A stretch of DNA of 64,000 bases from Euryarchaeota archaeon UBA19 (GTDB lineage: Archaea; Thermoplasmatota; Poseidoniia; Poseidoniales; Thalassarchaeaceae), in assembly GCA_002502175.1 (NCBI GenBank), contig DAPQ01000075.1, positions 9,170 through 73,169 of the forward strand, given 5' to 3'. The position numbers were made by a program, and so were the translations under genes. This document shows, piece by piece, positions 54,592 to 62,109 of this stretch (its first letter is position 1; every line of letters begins with the position of its first letter). A model generated the notes under the pieces. The model made no database searches and was not told the origin of the DNA. It was given only the letters and a program-made list of their open reading frames with translations.

Positions 54592-54608
54592 TGCCACCAT
54601 AGGTGGCA
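54592..54608 (-). terminator. Hairpin TGCCACC-ATA-GGTGGCA between two minus-strand surface-protein genes
   Basis: Perfect 7-bp stem with a 3-nt loop, 20 nt after the stop at 54628. Confidence 0.35.
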
Positions 54609-54627
54609 GAGCACAGATTATCGATGA

Positions 54628-55569
54628 TTAGAACAAACGTGCATCTAGAGGTTCTAACTCATCTGATTCCTCATCATTGGTTAGCCTTGAAGATCTACCT
54701 GCAAATGCTGCTGCTGCTAGAGCTGAAATCATCAATGTACCAATCAATTCGAAGCCAGGAAGGTAAACACCTCTAATGTAAATCGTCATGGTTTGAATTT
54801 GGTAATTCGGGATACCTTCCGTTCTCACCGAATATTCAGACGTGGCTTTGAATTGTAATGAGAAATAAGTATCCGTCCAACCTTGGTTCTTTGGAGTTCT
54901 CATCTGAACTCTAATCTTCTCTGGAGGAGCCATAGATTCGATTTCTACACTGACCAATGGAATGCTTAGTTGGAATCCATCATCATTCAACTGATCATAA
55001 TTTTCAATTTCAATATTGAATCGGTCCAGAGCATTGCCATCGTTATAGACATCGAAAACCAAGTTGTAATCGACCTTCGGACGTAATTGCAAGAAAGCGA
55101 CTTCAGATGCTACTCGAAGTCGGCTGAACTGGCGAATAATCGCCATTACGTTAGCAGCTGATGGTTCGCTGGTAACAGGGACTCCATTAGCCATTGTCAC
55201 CTCGGCACTGACCGTTACTTGGTGCTGTCCTTCAGGCGCTCTAAGTTCAGCCCTAACTAGAACTTGGAAGGACACCTCAGAGCCTCCTCCAATAGACATA
55301 GTAGCGGGTCCGGAGAAGGCCAATACGCCGGCTTGAATCTGAATCCTAACCTTTTCTTGATGAACGGTTGGATTCTCAATTCGGCAATTGATAATACTCG
55401 ATCTAGTTGCACCCGGATATACATCAATTGGTTGCGGTTGGTCGCATGTCAGGGTGATGTCAGGAACTGCACCTTGAGCCTGAACAGGTGTTGCTGCAGC
55501 CCATGTGCTTAGGAAGTACACTAGCAGTATCATTAGGGCAGGTCGAACCTTGCTTGCAGTGCTCATCAT
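54628..55569 (-). CDS. Hypothetical secreted beta-sandwich (CARDB-like) protein with C-terminal TM anchor and acidic tail
   Basis: Signal peptide RPALMILLVYFLSTWAAATPVQA. Modules such as RSSIINCRIENPTVHQEKV and YNLVFDVYNDGNALDRF. TM LIGTLMISALAAAAFA is followed by NDEESDELEPLD. Confidence 0.65.
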   Translation of the reverse strand: MMSTASKVRPALMILLVYFLSTWAAATPVQAQGAVPDITLTCDQPQPIDVYPGATRSSIINCRIENPTVHQEKVRIQIQAGVLAFSGPATMSIGGGSEVSFQVLVRAELRAPEGQHQVTVSAEVTMANGVPVTSEPSAANVMAIIRQFSRLRVASEVAFLQLRPKVDYNLVFDVYNDGNALDRFNIEIENYDQLNDDGFQLSIPLVSVEIESMAPPEKIRVQMRTPKNQGWTDTYFSLQFKATSEYSVRTEGIPNYQIQTMTIYIRGVYLPGFELIGTLMISALAAAAFAGRSSRLTNDEESDELEPLDARLF

Positions 55570-55712
55570 CTCGGGGCCGACTTAGGCCGTATTTAGGGGT
55601 TAGCACCGTCGGCTTCGCTGTATTCCATTTTCTAACCACTAATTCTTGTTTGAGATTACAGTTTGATTCAGATATTTTTTGACCGTGATTAATCAGCGAA
55701 ATTAGGATAATT

Positions 55713-55789
55713 TGGTGGACCCGACCGGATTTGAACCGATGGCCACTCGGTTATGAGCCGAGCGCTCTAACCAACTGAGCTACGGGTCC
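55713..55789 (-). tRNA. tRNA with CAU anticodon (elongator Met, or Ile2 if C34 is modified), CCA encoded
   Basis: The reverse complement folds as a cloverleaf: GGACCCG-TA-GCTC-AGTTGGTTA-GAGC-G-CTCGG-CTCATAA-CCGAG-TGGCC-ATCGG-TTCAAAT-CCGGT-CGGGTCC-A-CCA (77 nt). G1:C72 argues against an archaeal initiator. Confidence 0.9.
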
Positions 55790-55943
55790 TAACTGACTCT
55801 CGACAGCATCAGCGAGATGAACCTTATTCTCCTTCAGCAAGAAAATTTCAGTCAAAAAAGCCCTAAGTTGATTCAGAATTATTGACGAATATCTCTGTTT
55901 CCAAACACTGAATATTCAAGCATTAGAAACCTGTCGGCAACTC

Positions 55944-57497
55944 ATGGCGAAGCTTTGGGTGATGTTCTTCACATCTCTTTTGCTAGTATCAGCAATGAAT
56001 TTCTATGCAGTAATTCGAGAACCCGATTTGATTGAAATTGACGAGATTCATGAATATCCAAGGGAATCTGTGAAGGTCAAAGGAGTGCTAACTAGCTTCG
56101 TAGTAGACCCATATGGTGAACAAGCGGACAGAATTGATCTGCAAGTTCGAGAAGTGGATGGTCACTCGGTAGTCGAGGTTCGATGGTTTGTAGACCGAGA
56201 TAATGAGATTCCTCCCATTGGAACCATAATTACTGTAGAAGGTGAAGTCACTGAATGGAACGGTCGAATTTGGTTGTCATCAAATGGATACGGTGCAATA
56301 GTGTGTGCTGATTCCGATTGTGACTCTGTAGAATACACTGCTATGCAATTGGTCGAAGTTGCAATGAATCCACAGAACTTTGCTAACATGTCGGTAAAAG
56401 TAGATGGTTATTTGTCTGAATCTCTTGAACCGGATGTAACATATCATTCATTGAGCCTAATGGATAACCCATCCTATGGAAATGCAGACCATTTATTGTA
56501 CATGCAAGTGGAAGGGAGAGTAATCGATTGGATAGAAGCAGGAAGTCATGTGGAAGTTTCTGGGTGGCTACAATATGATCAGCGTTCCCTTCGCTGGAGA
56601 TTACTAGTGCAAGCAACCGCAATCGAAGTCCTAAACGAGGGATCGGTTGTTGACTTGTCATGGGAATTAGAACCCTACACACTGACCTATGAAGTTGGAA
56701 AGAATGTATCAATTGAAGGAACCGCAACCCAATCATCCGGCACTTGGTGGTTAATCGGAGATGCTCCGACTGACCGGCTCTGTTTACTGCCATCACAAGA
56801 AGATGTAGATGCAGGATTGGAGGGTATCGAACGGAAATGGTATGGTCGATTGGTCTGGTCAACAGATGAAGCAACCATCTGTCTTAGAGCGGATGGATAT
56901 ACGGCGGAAAATAACGCAGGTAATTTTGGAGATGACGTAACTCCTCTGCTAGATGTTGCTGAGAATCCATTTGATTATCTTAATCAGAACCATACATTCG
57001 AAGGATGGATAACTGACCCTATATCTCCAGATTATGACAAAGGATACGTCGGGGACGGCCCAGATTACTTCGCTCGCCAAACCAAACTGAGAATTCACCT
57101 AATTGGCGAGCATGCAGAATATATCGAAGGTGGTCAATCAATACGATTCAATGCGACAATCATTTGGTCAGAAAGCGAAGGACGAGTCATTCTTGAAGCC
57201 CGTTCTTGGACTCTAGGTCAGCCGCCATCGCCAAACACTCTGAACTGGGGGGATGGTTACAACTCCTGGAAATGGGATATTGGAAAGCTCGTTGTAATTA
57301 ATGGAGAGGCGATTATGGACGAGGACGGAAACCAATGGATTCAGAGATCTGGATCTGAAGAAAGGGTCTGTTTACTTGGGGACGGAACTGAGGCAAGTCA
57401 AACAGAGGGGCAAGGGCCTCTAGATTGGACTGGAAGATTATCTACCACAGAAGATTCTGTTGGGAATACAATGCAATTCTGTATAGATGTCAGATGA
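55944..57497 (+). CDS. Membrane-anchored protein with about five tandem OB-fold-like modules
   Basis: N-terminal anchor LWVMFFTSLLLVSAMNFYAVI. Five recurring units with a strand pattern like VKVKGVL...ITVEGEVTEWNGRIWL, VKVDGYL...VEVSGWLQYDQRSLRWRL, VSIEGTA...YGRLVW, HTFEGWI...FNATIIWSESEGRVIL and VVINGEA...WTGRL. Confidence 0.6.
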   Translation: MAKLWVMFFTSLLLVSAMNFYAVIREPDLIEIDEIHEYPRESVKVKGVLTSFVVDPYGEQADRIDLQVREVDGHSVVEVRWFVDRDNEIPPIGTIITVEGEVTEWNGRIWLSSNGYGAIVCADSDCDSVEYTAMQLVEVAMNPQNFANMSVKVDGYLSESLEPDVTYHSLSLMDNPSYGNADHLLYMQVEGRVIDWIEAGSHVEVSGWLQYDQRSLRWRLLVQATAIEVLNEGSVVDLSWELEPYTLTYEVGKNVSIEGTATQSSGTWWLIGDAPTDRLCLLPSQEDVDAGLEGIERKWYGRLVWSTDEATICLRADGYTAENNAGNFGDDVTPLLDVAENPFDYLNQNHTFEGWITDPISPDYDKGYVGDGPDYFARQTKLRIHLIGEHAEYIEGGQSIRFNATIIWSESEGRVILEARSWTLGQPPSPNTLNWGDGYNSWKWDIGKLVVINGEAIMDEDGNQWIQRSGSEERVCLLGDGTEASQTEGQGPLDWTGRLSTTEDSVGNTMQFCIDVR

Positions 57498-57501
57498 GGT
57501 G
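57496..57501 (+). promoter_or_regulatory. Shine-Dalgarno GAGGTG overlapping the upstream stop (TGAGGTG)
   Basis: GAGGTG is followed by 5 nt (ttgaa) and ATG 57507. This indicates translational coupling of the OB-module gene and the TctA-like gene. Confidence 0.6.
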
Positions 57502-57506
57502 TTGAA

Positions 57507-59162
57507 ATGGACCCTTGGTTAATCGATTTTGGTTGGTTAATTGGGTCATTTATTTTTGGAATATTCCTTGGTTGTTTAACGGGCTTAATCCCTGGATTCC
57601 ACGTAAACAACGTCGCTCTGATTGCTTTGTCACTATCACCTGTTGCTGTCGGAATTGGTATCCCCTTAGATGCAGTAGCAGGAATTATCGTTGCCTGTGG
57701 AACTGTTCATACATTCCTCAACTACATTCCAAGTGCATTGGTAGGAGCACCTGATGACAATATGGCACTAGCCTTGCTTCCAGGCCACAGGATGTTGATT
57801 TCTGGCCAAGCCTCACAAGGCGTTGCATATTCCGCTCGCGGCTCCCAAATGGGTATGCTGATGTCAATCCCTCTGCTAATTGTTGCGCGCTTACTTTTCG
57901 GAGAAAATCCCGGATTGGGTTTGTATGAAGCAAGCCGTGAACAATTACCATGGATTCTATTATTCATCTCCATATTCCTAATTTTGACTGAAACAACTCG
58001 ATTACCATGGCCAGTTTGGTCGCAAAAAATAACTCAGAAGCTAAAATGGCCATTGAAAAAACCGCTAGAATTTACTATACCAATGGGTAGACTCAGTATT
58101 CGAAGACGATATGATGCGATTGATTTCCGACTTGGAGAAAGTTCTAGAGTCGCTGGAATACTTGTTGCTACAGCCTATTTCTTACTTACCGGATTCTATG
58201 GCTGGGCGGTATTCGAATTACCCGCTAGATCACCGGTTGGCATCCCATCTGCTTCCTTGTTATTCCCAAGTTTAGCAGGATTATTTGGGATTGCAAACCT
58301 CATTGACATCTATGTAACAACAAGCGAAATCCCACCCCAAGAACAAAATTGGGAAATGCCAGACCCTAAACCCCTAGCAGTTCCAACATTCCTTTCAGCC
58401 GTGGTTTCATCTGTTATGGCAATTCTTCCTGGAATGACTGCAGCACAGGCAACTGTCGTAGTCATGAGTGCTCGAAACTTTTGGGGTAAACTTACCGATC
58501 CCAATTACATTCCAGCAGATTTCGAGCATGGGACTCAACCTGGATTTGAACAGATGCCACAGATGATGGTGTTTGAGGGCATGGAAGACCTAGAAGATGA
58601 GGACCGTTTATTATTCCAAGAGGCACTCTCCGAAGCAGGTGCTACACCAGACTTGGATTTGGTGAATAATAATCAACAAAGAGATCTAGAGATTATCGCG
58701 ATTCTTTCGTCTGTTAATACCGCTGTTACAGTCATGGTTCTGGGTTTCCTATACATGGTAGGAAGGCCACGTTCTGGAGCCGCTCTAGCATTGAACATGA
58801 TGTACCCAATCGATATCTGGAATGCTGTTGAGCCGCCTGCCGATTTCGTTAGACTGCTCGCTATTACAGTAGCTTCAGGATTATTTGCTGTCCCAGTAAT
58901 GATTGAGGTCGGAAAGGGTATGTTGAAAATGCACGAATTAGTACCTCTCAGAAACCTAGTGATTTCTGTTAGTGCTTTCATTACCATTCTAGTTTGGATC
59001 TCCACAGATTGGATTGGAGTGGGAACTTTAGTTATTGGTACAATGATTGGCCTTATGGCACCTAGGATAGGTATCCGGAGGTCACATGGAATGGGTGTAA
59101 TTCTAGTGCCAATTATGATGTATACCTTCGCAAGGGAATTAGATGCATTCGGCTTTGCTTGA
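57507..59162 (+). CDS. TctA/DUF112-family polytopic membrane protein (putative permease)
   Basis: GCLTGLIPGFHVNNVALIAL and YIPSALVGAPDDNMALALLPGHRMLISGQASQGVAYSARGSQMG follow the TctA pattern (G-x-x-x-G-x-x-P-G ... P-G ... L-x-G ... G-x-A ... G-S). Many hydrophobic helices and an acidic loop EGMEDLEDEDR. Confidence 0.55.
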   Translation: MDPWLIDFGWLIGSFIFGIFLGCLTGLIPGFHVNNVALIALSLSPVAVGIGIPLDAVAGIIVACGTVHTFLNYIPSALVGAPDDNMALALLPGHRMLISGQASQGVAYSARGSQMGMLMSIPLLIVARLLFGENPGLGLYEASREQLPWILLFISIFLILTETTRLPWPVWSQKITQKLKWPLKKPLEFTIPMGRLSIRRRYDAIDFRLGESSRVAGILVATAYFLLTGFYGWAVFELPARSPVGIPSASLLFPSLAGLFGIANLIDIYVTTSEIPPQEQNWEMPDPKPLAVPTFLSAVVSSVMAILPGMTAAQATVVVMSARNFWGKLTDPNYIPADFEHGTQPGFEQMPQMMVFEGMEDLEDEDRLLFQEALSEAGATPDLDLVNNNQQRDLEIIAILSSVNTAVTVMVLGFLYMVGRPRSGAALALNMMYPIDIWNAVEPPADFVRLLAITVASGLFAVPVMIEVGKGMLKMHELVPLRNLVISVSAFITILVWISTDWIGVGTLVIGTMIGLMAPRIGIRRSHGMGVILVPIMMYTFARELDAFGFA

Positions 59163-59235
59163 AACCAGAATATTTTCTGAAACTAGGCGGTGTGCTCCGT
59201 AACACTAGGTAACACTAGAGTCGAATCGCTTATTT

Positions 59236-59253
59236 CCCTCGTGCATGCGAGGG
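59236..59253 (+). other. Hairpin CCCTCG-TGCATG-CGAGGG upstream of the CD36-like gene
   Basis: Perfect 6-bp stem with a 6-nt palindromic loop. It lies 74 nt after the TctA-like stop and 18 nt before ATG 59271. Confidence 0.3.
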
Positions 59254-59270
59254 GGGGCTAGAGTGATACC

Positions 59271-62024
59271 ATGGACAACCAACAGAAGGCAAGCGCATTA
59301 TTAGTAATCGGACTTGTATTAATTGGAATTAATTTTCTAGCATTAGCACCCTTTGTAGCAGGGCAAGTAGAGGCTGGAGTTCAGGACGTTGTAGCCGATG
59401 GCTACGACGGCTATGATGACGACGGAAACAAAAACTACACAGCAGATTATGACGATGAATGGTTAGTCTCGACCTCGGAGAGAGTATACTTCGCATACTC
59501 TCTAGATAACCCTGAGGGTGTTGATGCGGGAGAAGCTCATGAATTTACGAAAATGGGACCTTTCATCTACGAAGTCACAACAACTAGAGAAATTCTAGAT
59601 TTTGATTATGATGCTGGAGAAATCACTTATTCTGAATTTGATAGTTTTGAGTGGTGCGAGGATTGTACCTGGACAGATGACAATGGAGATTCACACAACT
59701 CTGTACCTGGTTCAACCAATATAACCCAAGTAAATATCCTTTGGAACACTCAAAGAATCGCTGGAATTTCAACTGGAATAACCTATGGTGAAGTGTTCGC
59801 TAAGGCTGGATTCGTTAACAATATGATTGCCAATGATTTGCAAAACCGAGCGCCTTCAATTTGGGCCTCAGAAGACATTTCTGGAATGGTAGATACATTC
59901 TCTCTAAGTTTGCAAGCAACGGGTATGGACGAGGTTAACGCGTCGATTTTGGCTCCATCAGGAGTTCTTTCTGGAGCATATGTTTCTGCAACTGGAGGAG
60001 GGACAACCAGTGACATACTGAACAACACTCAGACATTCTTCCCTTATGCAGACAGCATTCTATACGGGGCGCAAGATCCTTCGACTGGTATTTGCATTGC
60101 ATTAACTTGTGACATTGGCCCAATGCTAGTAGCAGGTATGGGCGCTCCTGACGGAGGGGTGGTTACTCAAACTCGTGCTGCGCTATACGGTTATGCAGAT
60201 GCAGGAGATGATATGGCAGCAATTGACCTCGCTGTATTTGCACTTGCAGGCAATACCTTCCTAGCCCATGGTGGTGGTGCTGACCTGACTCAAGTTACCG
60301 ATCTAAGACAGAGATTGGACGAAGTCAGTGGAGTTGACATTACCAACCCAGATGTCTTGAATGGTGTAATTTTTGGAACACCAGACGCTGAAATTCCAAA
60401 CGGACTTCTTTCGGTTTCGGACTACAGTGGCATCCCACTAAATGGAATTGCCCTCTTCCTATTAGGCGCACAAGGTGACCTATTTGGTACAATGACCACT
60501 TATGGAATAGGACTCACTCAACTGCTAGGGCTTTCAGATTATGGAGGAGAATGGATTGGTCTAGTTGGCACCCCGACTGAATTTGAGATGATTCTCGCAG
60601 GTGGCCAAGGTACAATGAATGCCGATGATTGGTGGCAAATCTCCTTCGGAAGTGAAGAGCCTATTGCTGGCGGTTACATACCAATTGGCTTGAACAGAGC
60701 TGAATTTGAAGGCACAATTGATATGGATGTCGCTAAGGTACAGGAGATCCTTTACACATCTCCTTATGCATTGACTTCTGACTTTGCTAGTATTTTCATG
60801 TATGGTGAACTATCAGGAAGCACTCTCCCTGCAGAAGAAGGGGGTGCAACAACTGATTGGAACGATGCTTATGTTGCTGGGTTGTATGATATCTCAGAAA
60901 GTGACGCTGCTGCGGTACGTAGTTGGGTCGCAGACTTCATGTTCGACCAAGTTATTGGCGCGCTATTGGGCTTCCAATACGGCGGTTCTGCTTACATCAC
61001 CCAGCCAGTCGATAACTGGTTGTTTGGTTGGAGAGATATTATCGTAGCCGATGTTGTTTACGCAGAACCCGACAATATGGCCTTGGGTTGGGTAAGTCTC
61101 GAAACAAATGAAACATACTTCGGCTCGGATAGCGTTACTACTGGAGATTATGATGTCTATGTCGCAAGTACAGAGGGCGATGATATGGGTCAAAGATTAC
61201 GTCAAGGTTACATTAACTCCGACGGAGATGGACATTGCGATTTCAAGTTGAATTCCGATGGAACGATGGCAGATGCAGACTCAAGTGGAATGTACCCATG
61301 TGGAGATGGCGAATTGTACGGATTCACCGAGCACCTCCCATGGAGAGCACCGCATAGGGAGACTTCCACTCTTGGATTACTATCAGCCCATGTGGGTAAC
61401 GACAACACCGTAGTTGCTGGTGCTGTTGGCGGTATCGCAGATAGTGAAAATTCGTTCAAGGTCAACCTTGTAGGATATGCAATGGCTGAATCAGTACCTG
61501 GAGATATGGAGACATACAAAGGAATTGAAATGAGGGCGCACACCGTAAACCTAGACCCTTCACAAAACCAAATTCAAGCCAAGCTAATCGGCTCAGGCTC
61601 GTTTGTTGATGTACTTCCAGGTGCATTACCTGTATACTTTGGTTCAACTGTAGACATCAAGGTAGAGCCAGTTACCCAAGTAGCGATGTACGGGAAATCC
61701 GTCTCGATGTTCCACCTAGACCTAAGAGGCCCTGGAATGCTAAATCCAGAGATGGATGTAGACACACATCCGGTATTCGAAATTCACACCTTCTCAGAAA
61801 TTGCGGATGAAGATGCTGAAACCTTCCGGTGTCGAGTTCTGGACAATATGGAACCTATGTACTGGACTGATTTCGGCGGAAGCGGGGATTGTGAATTAGA
61901 AGGAACTGCAACAATTGATCGTGTGACTGCTGTATTGTACCTCGCAAGCATAGCCATGATTGCTATTGGTGCTCTAGGGTTCGGCGGCATAGGACCTATT
62001 GCTGTATCAAAAGACGAAGATTGA
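59271..62024 (+). CDS. Two-TM hairpin ectodomain protein with CD36/LIMP-2/SR-B-family-like N- and C-proximal blocks
   Basis: N-terminal TM ALLVIGLVLIGINFLALAPFVAG and C-terminal TM VLYLASIAMIAIGALGFGGIG. VYFAYSLDNPEGVDAGEAHEFTKMGPFIYEV...ITYSEFDSFEW (nt 59484-59651) and HPVFEIHTFSEIADEDAETFRCRV (nt 61767-61838) resemble conserved CD36-family blocks recalled from human CD36. Confidence 0.55.
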   Translation: MDNQQKASALLVIGLVLIGINFLALAPFVAGQVEAGVQDVVADGYDGYDDDGNKNYTADYDDEWLVSTSERVYFAYSLDNPEGVDAGEAHEFTKMGPFIYEVTTTREILDFDYDAGEITYSEFDSFEWCEDCTWTDDNGDSHNSVPGSTNITQVNILWNTQRIAGISTGITYGEVFAKAGFVNNMIANDLQNRAPSIWASEDISGMVDTFSLSLQATGMDEVNASILAPSGVLSGAYVSATGGGTTSDILNNTQTFFPYADSILYGAQDPSTGICIALTCDIGPMLVAGMGAPDGGVVTQTRAALYGYADAGDDMAAIDLAVFALAGNTFLAHGGGADLTQVTDLRQRLDEVSGVDITNPDVLNGVIFGTPDAEIPNGLLSVSDYSGIPLNGIALFLLGAQGDLFGTMTTYGIGLTQLLGLSDYGGEWIGLVGTPTEFEMILAGGQGTMNADDWWQISFGSEEPIAGGYIPIGLNRAEFEGTIDMDVAKVQEILYTSPYALTSDFASIFMYGELSGSTLPAEEGGATTDWNDAYVAGLYDISESDAAAVRSWVADFMFDQVIGALLGFQYGGSAYITQPVDNWLFGWRDIIVADVVYAEPDNMALGWVSLETNETYFGSDSVTTGDYDVYVASTEGDDMGQRLRQGYINSDGDGHCDFKLNSDGTMADADSSGMYPCGDGELYGFTEHLPWRAPHRETSTLGLLSAHVGNDNTVVAGAVGGIADSENSFKVNLVGYAMAESVPGDMETYKGIEMRAHTVNLDPSQNQIQAKLIGSGSFVDVLPGALPVYFGSTVDIKVEPVTQVAMYGKSVSMFHLDLRGPGMLNPEMDVDTHPVFEIHTFSEIADEDAETFRCRVLDNMEPMYWTDFGGSGDCELEGTATIDRVTAVLYLASIAMIAIGALGFGGIGPIAVSKDED

Positions 62025-62039
62025 GGCTGCCCTATACTT

Positions 62040-62058
62040 CGGCTGGCAGAGCCAGCCG
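62040..62058 (+). terminator. Hairpin CGGCTGG-CAGAG-CCAGCCG downstream of the CD36-like gene
   Basis: Perfect 7-bp stem with a 5-nt loop, 16 nt after the stop. A second small GC hairpin CGCG-CTTG-CGCG lies at 62063-62074. Confidence 0.35.
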
Positions 62059-62109
62059 TGGGCGCGCTTGCGCGAAGGGTTCAACCGTTGACCGCGAGAC
62101 GTAAGGTCA

